DNA of 64,000 bases from Malacoraja senta (GCA_038087875.1 CM075977.1:91450001-91514000); one strand, 5' to 3'. Counted from the first letter of the stretch, positions 1 through 12,384 are shown. Translations and numbers: made by a program. The notes: generated by a model from the sequence alone, not told the origin.

Positions 1-1602
1 TGTAACATTGGCATTAAAACAAAACACTTCCCATCTCCTGATGAGGAAAAATGTGCTGCTTTTCCGGTGCTATCCCTGCACTCTGCAGTGAGCACGTACA
101 TAGATCAGTCTGGCAACCCGAGCCGCCGGAACGGTCTCTCAGAGTCTGCATGTCTATAAATTGATTTTATCATGCAGAGGATGGTTTCCCGAGTCACGGG
201 GTTGAACCACCAAATGTTTGTGTTTAGGATAACCATATAAGGTCCTATATTATTCCCAACATTTAGTGGGAACCATGGCTGCATAGGCCAGTCAGGCAGT
301 ACGAAATGCCTGAGGCGAGACCTTGCTGGACTTCGTGCAAGACCCGACTGATGAGGCAAAATGGAGGAAAGGCATAAAGAACATTCCTCCTCAGTGTAGC
401 GAGAATACATCTATTTCCACTTTGCCACATATTTTTACAATGGTGATTGAGCCTGGATGTAAACATATTGATATTTGGTCTTCCATCGAACCACAATGTC
501 ATTTAATACTTTGTGATACAACATCCATCCTGTGTTGTCATAGATCTTTACGTGATGACATACCAGTGCCAAATGTGGTTAGGTAAATTATCACAGGTTA
601 TTTAACTTGACTGCACCCATGTGATTAACATATGCCACCACCATAGTGTATCAACTTGGAGTTGAGCATGCAGATTATGCATATTCGCACAATAAACTTT
701 TAACCCATAGAATACACCTAGTGTCTTATAGGTAGTTGATACCATATAACTGAAAAATGGTAACTCATGCAAAGCCCATCCGCCTGCGTAACTAGAGATG
801 GTATTCGTAATTTTTCATCTTTGAGTACTAGCATCAGTTTGTAATATAACTGAAGAGTTACTGAGCAAAAGTTACAGGAGCAATGTTGAATACTGTTCGT
901 CCACCATTGTGACTTTGATAGCTTCAGCTGGTAATAGCATAGGTCTGTTAATAATGACCCATATGGCACTGAAGAAGTTACTCCTTTGCACGTTGTAAGT
1001 TCTGATAATGCAAAGGTCCAAATGCACAGCTGAAAACACAGCCACTATATTGCCAATTACACTTGATGAATAGAGGCTGCTTCATAACAACAAGGTTGTT
1101 ACAGGCTTTTATTAATTCCAATCTCTTGTCACAGTAAATTAATAGAGTTAAAGATAGATCCCAATAATCAATAACTCTAGTTGGTATCAACTTAAACTTA
1201 ACTGGATGGTTGAGAAACCCCAATTTCTCAAATATAGTGTGCGGCCAAAACAGTTAATTTTAGCAAAATACAGCATTTAGAATATCATGTAGTTAGCCAT
1301 AACAAGTGTTTTTGAACTCTAAGCAGCCCAAAGCACCGGTTTTAGTAATTTGATAAATAGCCTGGGAACTGGTTAGCATATTTTGCAACGCTTTAACTGT
1401 TATCATTGCCCCATCCAGCTAAATTTCAAATATCTCCGGTGATCCCTGTGAATGAGAACTGAACAGTATGCATCTTTGAGATCAATGCATGCCATAAAGA
1501 TCCTATGGAAATCAGTTGTTAGACAGTAACGAAGTTTGCTATGCTGAAATGTCTATACTGCACATGCGAGTTAATCAAAGATGAACCGACATCCTGCATC
1601 TT
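1..1602 (-). mobile_element. DIRS (tyrosine-recombinase) retrotransposon, decayed pol: RT, RNase H, DAM-like methylase, start of YR; runs off the window start
   Basis: Minus-strand translation gives DAGCRFIFD...FMACIDLKDAYCSVLIHRDHRRYLKFSWMG (RT, ~1410-1600), GFLNHPVKFKLIPT, YAFPPFCLISRVL and PDWPMQPWFP (DIRS methylase-like motifs); many stops and frameshifts. Confidence 0.88.
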
Positions 1603-1869
1603 ACACAATGATCAGGCCATGCCTGCCATAGTTCCGAGCCTGCCTTGAAAAAACACTCTGGTCATATTTCCGAGCCTATGTCGAAAGGCAATCCTGGCCA
1701 TAATACTGAGTCTGCCTTGAAAGACAACTCTGGCCATCATTCTGTTCCTGCCCATATTTCTGAGCCTGTCTCAAAAGGCAAAGCTGGCCATAATACTGAG
1801 GCTGCTTCAAAAGACAACTCTGGCCACAATTTCACTATCGTATTTGCCTTTCGTTTCCAAGGGGAAGGA
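1603..1869 (+). mobile_element. Inverted 3' tail of Gypsy element 1: 36-bp coding repeats and polypurine tract
   Basis: About five 36-bp units (e.g. GAGTCTGCCTTGAAAGACAACTCTGGCCATCATTCT), in frame in ORF 1645..1878; PPT GGGGAAGGA (1861-1869) directly before the LTR. Confidence 0.75.
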
Positions 1870-2073
1870 TGTAGATGAGATATGCATGTGCCTTTAATAT
1901 AGTGACCTCATCATTACTAACCACTCCCCATATCACAAGTATAATTACAACCTCCCCACCCACATATCACTCTCTAGTTCCTGTGACAGACCACGTACAG
2001 CTAGTGCAATATGTAATGCTCCAGTAAGAATAAAGGTAGTAAAGTAACGATGTGTCGTTAACACTTCTTTACA
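1870..2073 (+). repeat. Gypsy element 1, 3' LTR (204 bp)
   Basis: TGT...ACA ends; reverse complement of 5274-5477 (about 7 differences by eye); preceded by PPT, followed by TSD CCTAC. Confidence 0.95.
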
Positions 2074-2303
2074 CCTACCAGTCCTACTCTCCAATCAAGG
2101 ACATAAATAGAACCCGCATCAGGGGCCTTTGGGCTTACCACAAGACCACCGGTAACCATGAAGGTAGGTGGGTCTGGTTCTTTCCGAAACATGGGGTATG
2201 TGAACCATTTACAAGTTGGTAATATTTACACTTATTTTTTGTACAAATGACAAAGTGAACATGTGATTAGTTTATACTGCACAGTATACAAGGATTCCAA
2301 GCA
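2074..2303 (+). mobile_element. DIRS gag/pol junction segment inside the inversion
   Basis: Starts with TSD CCTAC and continues the DIRS sequence broken at 5478; ends ...LHSIQGF, resembling a DIRS pol N-terminus. Confidence 0.7.
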
Positions 2304-4225
2304 GGAAAATAATGGTCATGCAGCGCAGCAGGCACGACAACCTTGTGACCCTTCACCACCACGCCGTCGTGTAGTACGAGCTCGTCACGGACCAGGAAGT
2401 AGGGCACGGCGCCAGCCGGCAAAGCGGAACGACGGTCGGGCCAGCCCTGCTGGATGATGGCAGAGAGCTGTTGCAGGGCAGGATCATTGGCAGTGTGTTC
2501 AACCAGGGATTTCATCTGCTATGAAGGGACAATATTCACATGGAGCACCAACAGGTCCGACATCTCGTAGGGGTGGCGATCGGTGGATGTCAGCGGGGCG
2601 CGAGACAACGTGTCGGCCACGAACATGTCCTTGCCCTTACGATAAACCACGTCGAAAGTGAAGCGCTGGAGCTGCAGCATCATGCGCTGCAGGTGGGATG
2701 AGGCAACATGGATCGATTTGTTGAGAATGGTGACAAGCGGCTGGTGATCAGTCTCGATGGTGAAAGTGTTGCCCAGGATGTAGTCCTTGAATTTGGAGCA
2801 GGCAAACACCACGGCCAGTAGCTCCTTCTCGATCTGCGCGTAGTGCTGTTCGGCAGCGGTCATGGTGCGGGATGCGAAGGAGACAGGCAGCTGCAGGCCG
2901 TCATGGAGCTGAAGACAAGCGGCACCGAGCCCGAACTGAGAGGCATCGCAGGTGAGGATAATGGGACACTGCAGGTCAAAAAACTTGAGTGTAGGGGTAC
3001 TGATCAGCTTGGATTTAAGGATGTCGAAGGCTTTCTGGTGGTGGGGGAACCAAGCCCAGGACGTGTCCTTCTTTATCAACTCCCTCAGGGGTGCACTGAG
3101 CTCGCTGAGGTCGGGGATGAACTTCCCCAGGTAGTTTACCATGCCCAGGAAGCGTTGCAGGCCGGCCACATCAGTAGGAGAAGACATCCCGGAAATGGCA
3201 GCCGTTTTTTGCGGGTCGGGTTTCAGCCCCGAGGCGGTGAATACATGTCCAACATAGGTGACCTCCGGGACGCGGAATCGGCACTTCTTGGGGTTCAGTT
3301 TCAAGTTGATTTTCCGGGCCCGGTCTAGGACCTGGCGGAGGTTGAAGTCGTGTTCGGCGACATCCTTACCGTAGACCAGGATGTCGTCAACGATGATGGC
3401 GCACGGTAGACCGGTAAACAGCTGCTCCATTGTCCGTTGGAACACCTCGCTGGCAGAGTTGATTCCGAATGGCATTCGGAGGAATCGAAATCTGCCGATG
3501 GGGGTGCCGAAAGTTGTCAAGATGGAGGACTGCTCGTCAAGTGATATCTGCCAGAAGGAGCTCTTGGCATCAAGGACAGAAAAGACTGTTGCCGGACCAA
3601 CCTGTGCAGCGACTTCCTCTACTGTTCTCATAGGGTAGTGCGGGCGTTTAATGGCCAGGTTGAGGTCTTTGGGGTTGATGCAAATGCGTATTTCGCTTTT
3701 GGCCTTTTTCGTGGCAACAACCATGGTGGAGACCCACCTGGTGGGAGCAATGACCGCCTTTAGGATGCCCATTTTTACCATGCTGTGCAGCGTCGATTCT
3801 ACTTTGTCCTTCATGGCGAAGGAGACACAGTGTGGCGCATGGACCACTGGATCGACATTGCGGTCGACTACAATCTTGTAGTTGCAGGGCAGCTTGCCCA
3901 GCTCTTCATCAGAGCGGTCAGGGTATTCAGCCAATGGGTCCATGAGGGCCTGCACCTGGTGGATGTCATGGTGGAAGGAGACCAGGCCCAAGTCCTGGCA
4001 TGCTTGGATGCCCAACAGGGTAATGCATTTTCGATCAAGGAGATAGAAAGTGAGGGGCCGAGAGGACTCCAGTATCTTGCAGTTCAGAGTTACCTTTCCC
4101 ACAGGAGTAAGCACCCCTCCCCCGTAGGCATGCAAAGTTGAGCTGTCAGAAAAAAACTTCTCATTAGTCCTTATCTTGTTGAAGAGGGTTGTTGACATAA
4201 CGTTCGCAACTGCCCCGGTATCAAT
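2304..4225 (-). pseudogene. pol: Gypsy element 1 pol: protease, RT, RNase H, start of integrase region (truncated)
   Basis: IDTGA protease motif; ORF 2519..4198 with LDAKSSFWQI, MPFGI, IVDDIL, TCDAS, YAQIEKELLA, TDHQPL, ADTLSR; stop at 2519-2521; breaks after VVVPAALHDHYF before the integrase core. Confidence 0.93.
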
Positions 4226-5183
4226 CTAGGCAGTGAAGGTCGAGTTGTTCACAGTTACACAAACTGAAGGGTCTGTTATCACAGCAGGTGCGTCCAACAC
4301 AGAAAACAGGCTTATCTCCCCCTGAGAGGAGTCGGATTCAGACACAGACTGTTCGTCGAAATAGCACTGGGAGCTGAGCTCGTTATCAGCTTGTACCAAG
4401 TTGTTTAAAATACACCTCGGAGCAGCAAAAGGCTTCCCACGGGAATGGCAGGCCGCAGCAAAGTGGTTCAGTTTCTTGCAGTTGTTGCAAGTCTTACCCA
4501 AAGCAGGGCATACATTGTATTGATGAGTGGTAAAGTTACAATTGGGGCACCTTTGCCGGGCACGTCCCCCGGGAGCAGTGCCGAACCCGGGGGTAGTGGC
4601 CGGGAAGTGTTCATCCGACGGCTGGTAGTGCTGGCAAAGTTAATATCATGGTCAGCCGGTGACACCGCCGAGGTGACAGCTTCGGCCAAACGACAGGCAT
4701 GCATTGCATCGTTAAAGGTCAGATCGGGCCTGCGCAAAAGTTCAGCCCTCAGCTTCTCGTCGCGGAGACCGTACACCAGAAGGTCCCTAGTAATCTCCTC
4801 AGGGGTCAGCGTGTTAAGGCGGCACCGCCTGGCCAGGTGCCGCAGCGCAGCGACATAGTTCTCGGCATACTCCCCAGGGAGCTGACGCCACGCGAACAGT
4901 TTAAAACGTTCTAAGATGCAGTTTGATGGAATGTCACAAATAGCGGTAAACTTAGCCATACCGGGTCCCGAGCAGATTCACCCGCAGCATAGACGAAGAA
5001 GTCTGACCGAGCCAGGGCCTCGTGACCAGCCAAGTTGAGAAGCAGAGAGGCTCTGAGCTCTGGGCTGGCGGCAGGATGAGCGATTGTGACATAGTGGTCA
5101 AAGTCACGTCTGAAAACATCCCATCGATGGGCAATGTCAGAATCGAAAACGAGCACATCGGGCTTGCGGCAAGAAGTGGCCAT
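4226..5183 (-). pseudogene. gag: Gypsy element 1 gag (frameshifted)
   Basis: Overlapping ORFs with LLLNLAG, ERFKLF..RQ, YVAALRHLARRC, RDLLVYGL and zinc knuckle CNNCKKLNHFAAAC. Confidence 0.88.
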
Positions 5184-5273
5184 GCCGAGGAAATAAGAGG
5201 GGTGTGGAAACAAAAAACTGGGACAAAATTAAATAATAAACCGATAAACGGGAGGCGCCAGGGTAAGACACCA

Positions 5274-5477
5274 TGTAAAGAAGTGTTAACGACACATCGT
5301 TACTTTACTACCTTTATTCTTACTGGAGCATTACAGAAGGCACTAGCTGTACGTGGTCTGTCACAGGAACTAGAGAGCGATATGTGGGTGGGGAGCTTGT
5401 AATTATACTTGTGATATGGGGAGTGGTTAGTAGTGATGAGGTCACTATGTTAAAGGCACATGCATATCTCATCTACA
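5274..5477 (-). repeat. Gypsy element 1, 5' LTR (204 bp)
   Basis: TGT...ACA on minus, followed by TGGTGTC (PBS position); flank GTAGG at 5478-5482 is CCTAC on the element strand. Confidence 0.95.
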
Positions 5478-6873
5478 GTAGGGTACGTGGATTCCATATT
5501 TTTCCTGAGACCGGCTTGGGCCTTGGCCTAAAAGACCTCTGCCCAGCTTGCTGGCTGCCACCAGCTTCAGTGAACCGCTTACTGCCGATGGAGGCATGGG
5601 GTGTGTTGTTGCCAAAACGATGAGGCTGTACTCGTAGTTCGACAGCTTTAGCTCCCTCATGCAGGTCCACCTGTTGAATAGGCTTACCTGAAGAGAAGAT
5701 TCGGCGGCTGTTTTCCCGGGGTTCCATGCCCCTCCAAAGTCACCCCTGATAGCGCTGTTCACTGCCGGCACTTTCAGGAACAATTTACAGGTGCATGGTA
5801 TCTCACAGCCGTCACCTGTTCTTGTTATGACGTGACGTGAGGTTTTGCTGCCAACGGCTGGAACCACTCTTCCTGCAGCACTCCTTCGCTTGCGAGGATG
5901 TCGCAAACTTGGATGTCATGACAGACATATCTGTACCTCACACACGTACTCCAGTATGTTCCACGGACATACTTCCCACTTTGGAGTCAGTTACACACTG
6001 ACACCTCGCACGCCTCTCCATAGCGAGGGTGATAGTAAGCAGCCCTGAAACAGGTGCTGCCGCAGGCCCCCGAGGAGACCAGCGCTGATATGGCCCCTCC
6101 ACGGACCATACCCTTCGTGCCTCATGGTACCGAACTCCGAGTCAGACAGAACTGACCCTGACTGCTCCCCTCCTCAGAGAGGGAGACACTGTGCAGCCCT
6201 GTAAACAGGTGCCGCTGCCACTGCCGCGGGCCCTGAGGAGAACCGCGGTGATATAACTCCCTCCTTGGAGCATACCATTGTGGAGCACCTCTCCATCAGG
6301 TGCTCCATGTGGGCTAGATGTCCGAAGACGTTACCCATTGAAGGAGGGGATCCTCTCCATCAGGAATCCTCCTGGCCCGACTCGTTTGAGTCAACGGCCT
6401 CTTCCCTACGCTCCCCTCCTCAGAGAGGGAGATATAATTTAGTGGCTTACCCTCCAAGCGGGGTTGCCTAGGTGCTACCGGCACCAGACTGAAGCCGCTG
6501 GCTCCACCACCAGCGACTCGAAAGGCAAATTCGACCGCCGCCCGCTACCCTCACTTCCGCGGTCTCCGTAGCGGGTTCCCCGAGGTCATGACCAGGATTC
6601 CCTACGGTCTGTGACTGGGGTTCCCCGCGGTCCATAAAGGTTCCGTCCGGACTTCGCCCCGAAATTCAGCAGGAAAACTCTGTAAGCAGAGACTCCTGCA
6701 AGAGAAAACATAACCTGGGAATAAGTTTAAAACTTACCTTCAGGTTTAAACTTACCGCTGGAAGGAGCAGCGCGCCTGCCAATCAGTCTTTCGCAATGCG
6801 GTAGACATAATGACGCGCATGCAGGCTGACGGGCTTCTATTCACGTAGTCACTCACATGACTCCGAAGTAAAA
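5478..6873 (-). mobile_element. DIRS 5' part: decayed gag-like ORF and left terminus
   Basis: CKLFLKVPAVNSAI resembles DIRS gag; internal direct repeats at ~6030-6430; GC-rich tract ends at a terminus reading TTTTACTTCGGAGTCATGTGAGTGACTACGTGAA on minus. Confidence 0.75.
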
Positions 6874-7094
6874 TTAAAGACATATTTATAACAGTGAAAG
6901 AGTTATGATAGCTATTCTGCAATGTCTTTGTGAACTTGTGGGTGGTGAAGTTATATTGTTTTTATGAACCACTTGTTATAGGGAATGGAAGCAGGGCTGC
7001 AAATGCTCAAAGCTTACTTGCTGCTCACACATCATAGTGGTAAGTAGAAAAGAGATGCAAGACATATAACATTTGAGCATAAACTTGAAGTAAG

Positions 7095-7435
7095 AGTTAA
7101 GAGTGTTTAATTGTTACATGTACCGGCAACAAAAAAAACTTACGTGTAGCAGCTTTGTAGTAAATGCAAAGCACACAGATTTTTTTTTTTTTAATTCAAT
7201 AAATTAATAAACATAATAAGATTGCAAAACTGAAGTCATTAGCACAAGCAAAGAGGGCCCGTTGAAGTTGATAGTTGCGGAGGTCAGTGCTGTGTAGTGT
7301 TCAAGATCCTGATGGTTGTTGGGAAGAATCCTTTCTTGAACCTGGTGGTCACAGTTTTCAGGCTCCTCAACCTTCTTCACGATGGTAGGAGCGAAATGAG
7401 AGTGTGGTGTTGTGAGTCTTTGATGATATTGCCTT
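7095..7435 (-). mobile_element. Rex/Babar LINE 3' fragment (more at ~7950-8045)
   Basis: Minus strand encodes LLPS.RRLRSLKTVTTRFKKGFFPTTIRILN; upstream piece LLNFTRCVMENTMNGCFTACF. Confidence 0.7.
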
Positions 7436-7860
7436 TCTTAAATTTAATCAAAATAAACTTTATTGAAGTTTTTAAAAAAGTACAATACAGGAACTGTGTA
7501 AAAAATGTCTTCCGACATTCTCGGAGGCTGTACATTCATTCAATTCATCGTTACATAGTGTTTACACAAATTACACAATTTTACCTCACATCCTTGCCAC
7601 TCATGTGGCCTCCTGGTGTGAAATCCCTTCCCTTATCTGAGGAGCGTCTTCACCATACCCTACCCCCCCCCCATGTCCAGCAGTGGAAGGGCTGTAGACT
7701 GTTGCCCTCCCACAAAGAGGCTTGCCGTTGGCTGCACCGAGCTTTAGTGCATCCCTCAGCACGCACTCCTGCAGATTGGAGCGGGCCAGTCGGCAACATT
7801 CCCCGACGGACATCTTGCTCTGCAGGGAGGACAACAAAGTTCGGGCAGACTAAAGGGCAC
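7436..7860 (-). mobile_element. Tx1-clade LINE 3' fragment
   Basis: ORF 7601..7837 SVGECCRLARSNLQECVLRDALKLGAANGK..GRATV, followed by a 3' UTR with AATAAA. Confidence 0.7.
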
Positions 7861-8049
7861 CTTTCACCGAGTTGGATCTGCCTTTTTGATCCCTTCGATG
7901 GCAGGGAGGTCAGAATCTGTGATGGACCAGGCAATGTCTACCACTTTCTGTCCTCTCATTCATTCCAGAAAGACCAGGATACTAAAGCATGCTGTGAAAC
8001 AACCATTCATGGTGTTCTCCATCACACACCTGGTGAAGTTCAATAGTGA

Positions 8050-8460
8050 GAGAAGGATACAAGTAGAATTTCCTTCACTCACCTTACCATTCTTATCAAA
8101 TCAGTTCTGGTTTTGTGGTTCATCTTGTAAGATAGCCAAGCGGACTCTTCGCCGATGCCAGCAATGGTGGACTGTAGGGCAGCCCATTGGGTCTGCACTC
8201 TGCAACTTCCATTGTCAGGGAATGCACAGGTTGTGCATGAGGTGCTGCACAAGAAGAGTTACTGTTGTAGGGTCCTTGAGAGCTTTAACATTGATTTCCT
8301 TTCAGTGTTATTTCTGTTGATGCTGATGTTTTGTGGCCATGTTGATGGAGATAACAGAGCGCATTAGACGGTAATCAGTCTTGCAGTCATCGATACCCGT
8401 CATGGAACAAGTAATGTGGTTTCTGTAGTCTGGTGATGAACACTTTTGTTTTGCATGTGA
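8050..8460 (-). mobile_element. RTE-like LINE internal fragment
   Basis: Minus strand: DCKTDYRLMRSVI, INVKALKDP, QWAALQSTI and a decayed NQ.WFD-like motif (post-endonuclease region). Confidence 0.55.
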
Positions 8461-8724
8461 AATGCTCCCTGCTCAATTCTGGGCAGGACCATTATTTTGT
8501 GATTATTCCATATTAACAAAGTTTGTGGTACTGAGTATGGATATGCAATGCTCTGTTCTCTATTTGCTGTTATATTGTAGTGCAGACTTGTTCAATGTGA
8601 ACTAATTCTTACTTTTGCCTCTCATTTGTTTCATTTTCACATCCTTCATCATTCACCTTTCATGTTCTCTTTGTTTTTACCCACCTCTCTTAGGTCTCGT
8701 TCTTTACTTTGGCTTCTTACATTC

Positions 8725-8865
8725 TTACATGGCTAACAGAATCAAGGGATATGGGGAGAAAGCAGGAATGAGGTACTGATTCTGGATGATCAGCCATGAT
8801 CATATTGAATGCTGGCTCGATGGGCCGAATGGCCTACTCCTGCACCTATTTTCTATGTTTCTATT
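8725..8865 (+). mobile_element. CR1 3' terminal fragment
   Basis: GGGATATGGGGAGAAAGCAGG...GATCAGCCATGATC...TTCTATGT tail, as in longer CR1 copies here. Confidence 0.85.
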
Positions 8866-9621
8866 TACAGCTCTGCACCTCTTTTGTAATCACACCTCCT
8901 GAAATGCAATTTTATTCACATTGAAATGTTTCAAAGAGGATGAAAGAAAGCATTTGCCCATTAGATCTGTCCTTGCACCACCCCCAACGTCAGTTGCCGT
9001 TTTATTTCAACAGATGTCTTTGCTTTCAGGAAAATAAGTCTGCAGTTCCCAGGCAATTGTAAAACAGCAGAGACTCCAATCCATCCTTCATCTGAGATTA
9101 AATGCCCTTGACCAATCGCCCCTTGTTTAAAACGCCTGACAGCTCTGCCACAAACCCGAGGCACTTAATCACCCCCCTCACACTGCGCTGGTAAACTTTA
9201 AAGCTTTGCCGTCAATCCTATCACATGTCACGCATTTGACACATTTCAAGATGTTTTCTGCTTTCTTGTGACTTTCATTACTGAATAATCGTCAGAAGCA
9301 CCTTCATACGTCAAAAACAAAAATATCACTCGCAGAGGTTGCGTTTCAGTTGGTACTTGATGTCTTTCATTGCTGCATCCTCTGATTGTGAGGGAGTCCT
9401 GCTGCTGATTCAGTTCCCCTTCACCTGTTCAGGGCCTGACGTATTGGATGGAGGCCAGTGGTACCATCTGTGCATCTCGCCTCTTACACACTGATGGTGG
9501 CCACTTTACAAGATGCCTTGTGATGTGGAAAAATCAACATACAGGAAAGCAATGTCGTTATATTACTTTATGCTTTATATGCGGAGATAGGTGATGTGGA
9601 GTTTGATGATATTACATATTG

Positions 9622-10225
9622 TCAAAGATAGACACAAAAAGCTGGAGTAACTCAGCGGGACAGGCAGCATCTCTGGAGAGAAGGAATGGGTGACGTTTCA
9701 GATCGACACCCTTCTTCAAACTATTCAAGGGAAAGGAAAACGAGAGGTATAGACGATGATGTAGAGAGATAAAGGCCAATGAATGAAAGATATGCAAAAA
9801 AGTTATGATGATAAAGGAAACGGGCCATTGTTAGCTGCATGTGTAGGAAATCCAGAGATGCTGCCTGTCCCGCTGAGTTACTCCAGCATTTTGTGTCTAC
9901 CTATTGCTAGCTGTATGTTGGGTGAAAACAAGAAGCTGGTGCAACTTGGGTGGGGGTGGGATGGAGAGAGAGGTAATGCCAGGGTTACTTGAAGTTAGAG
10001 AAATCAATATTCATACCACAGGGCTGCAAGTTGCGCAAGTGAAATATGAGATGCTGTTCCTCCAATTTGCGTTTAGCCTCAATCTGACAACGGAGGAGAC
10101 CTAGAACAGGAAGGTCAGTGTGGGAATGGGAAGGAGAATTTAAAGTGTACAGTATAGCAACAGTATAGCAAGCTGAAGATTAGGTAGGTCCAGGCGGACT
10201 GAGCAAAGGTGTTCAGTGAACTGTG
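9622..10225 (-). mobile_element. Penelope-like element 3' end: GIY-YIG C-terminus and terminal repeat with decayed hammerhead motif
   Basis: Minus strand NSPSHSHTD..LGLL.CQ.EAKRKLEEQHLIF.L..LQP.GMNIDFSNFK; TTGAAGAAGGGTGTCGATCTGAAACGTC at ~9692-9719; small nested copy at ~9840-9900. Confidence 0.85.
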
Positions 10226-10419
10226 CATGACCAATAAACTGGAAGAAACCATTATTTAGCATTGACTTGTTTTCCATTCGGGATGATAATGGTCAGAACA
10301 GTTGAGTTGTGACCAATAAACTGGCTGGAGATAATTATTCTTGAATCTTCATTATTCTATTACCTTACAATCGAGAAATATTTAAAAACATCCCCTTCAA
10401 TTTGCAAAGGTATATCATT

Positions 10420-12100
10420 TGAATGGACATGAGATAGCCCTGACAGATGAGACAAAGGAAAATCCAAAGACATTTTATGGGTACATTATGCACAAAAGGC
10501 TAACAAGGGAGAGAATCGGCCCCCTTAAAGGATCAACATGGTCATCTATGTGTCGAGCCACAGAAGGTAGGCCAGATGTTAAATGAATACTTCCCCTCGG
10601 TATTTACTGAAGAGAAAATCATGGAAATAAAGGAGAGAAATGAGAAGTGATTTATTCCACCATATCCGAATTACAAAAGAGAAGGTGCCAGATCCCTTAA
10701 AGATAATTAAGGTGGATAAATCCCCGGGCCCAAGTGTATTCTCAGATATTGTGGGATTCTAGGGAAGAACTTGGTAGGAGCCTGGCAGAGATATTTGCAT
10801 CATCTTTAGTCGCAGAGGTGGTGCCAAAGACTGGCGAGTGGCTAATTTTGAGAAAGGCTGCAAAGACAAGCCAGTGAACTACAGACCGAAGGAGAGTAAG
10901 TTACTGGAGGTGATTCTGAGGGACAGGATTTACAAGAATTCAGATAGGCAAGGACTGATTAAGAGTTTTGTGCATGGGAAATCATGTCTCACCAATTTGA
11001 TAGTGTTTTTGAAGAGGTCACCAATAGGATTGATGAGGGCAGGGTGGCGGATGTTACCCATATGACTTTTGCAAGGCCTCTGATGAAGTCCCACATGGTA
11101 TCACATGGTGAGTTAGCCAAATGGATTCAAAATTGGCTCGGTGCATAGGGTAATGATGGAGGGTTGTTTTTCTGACCTGTGACCAGTGATCAGTGACCAG
11201 AGTTCCTTTCCACGGCTCAAATGAGTGCCATAGGGATCTGTGCTGGGTCCACTGTTATTTGTCATCAATGTTAGTGATCTGGAAGACAGTGCAGTTGATG
11301 TGGCTTGTAAATTTGTGGATGACACTAATATTGGCCTTGTAGTGGACAGTGGCACTATCCCCCAGGTTACAAAAATATATGAATCAACTAGGGAAATAGG
11401 CCTTGGAAAGGAACTCTGAGGGGATGCATTTTGGCAAATCAAACCCGGGCAGGATTTACACAGTAAATGGTAAGGCCCCCCGAAAGTGTTGTAAAACAGC
11501 GAGACCTAGGGTACAACTACAGCTGTACAAGACACTGGTGAGACCACATCTGGAGTACTGTGTGCAATGCTGGTCACCCTGCTATAGGAAGAATGTCATT
11601 ATGATGGAAAGGTACAAAAAAGATGCACTAGGATGTTACCAGGACTTGAGGGCTTGGGTTATGAAGAAGCTATGAGGCTGGGACTTTTATACCTGCAGAC
11701 CAAGGGGCCAAGGGGTAACCTTTTGGAGGCAAACAAAATCATGAGAGGTATAGATGCGATGAATGATTGTGGTCTTTTTCCCGGGGTTAATGAGTTCAGA
11801 ACCAGAGGGCAAAGGCTAAAGTTGAGAGGGGAAAGATTTAAAAGAAACCCGAGGGCAACCTTCATGCAGAAGGTGGTGTGTACATTGATCAATCTGCTAA
11901 AGGAAGCTGTAGAGGTGGATACAACGGCAATGTTTAAAAACATTGTGGCACATACATGAAAAGGAAATTCTTAAGGGGAAATGGGCCTAATCAAGCAAAT
12001 GGGACCAGGTTGGAATCTAAAACCTGGTTGGCATAGACAGGATGGGCCGAAGGGCTGGTTCCCATGCTGTAAACAACATGTTTCCATACTCCATGATTCT
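10420..12100 (+). mobile_element. Old, decayed CR1 LINE (ORF2 RT region to 3' UTR)
   Basis: PVNYRP, GKSCLTNLI, LYKTLVRPHLEYCVQCWSP, RTRGQRLKL. Confidence 0.9.
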
Positions 12101-12384
12101 AAATATTACATGAAAATGACAATATAATAATCAAAATTTCCATCATATTTCATCTTGAAGAATAATCAACCTTCCCTCATCACAGAAGGCTTGGTGCACT
12201 GCACAATAATGATACGATTGCAGTCTTGTAAAAAAAAAACAAGCTTTATAGAATATAGAACATAGAACAGGTTAGCTCAGGAACTGGGCCTTCGGCTCTC
12301 AATGTCCGTGCCAAACAAGATGTCTAATTACTCTCCGCTGCCTGCACATGATCCATATCCCTCCATTCCCTGCGTGGTTCTCTA

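Noticed and set aside
1592-2306. TCCTGC/GCAGGA as inversion microhomology
   Set aside because: The left copy lies inside DIRS codons (DAGC) that continue past it, so it is not at the breakpoint
7297-8046. 249-aa plus-strand ORF as a gene
   Set aside because: Antisense read-through across unrelated LINE fragments
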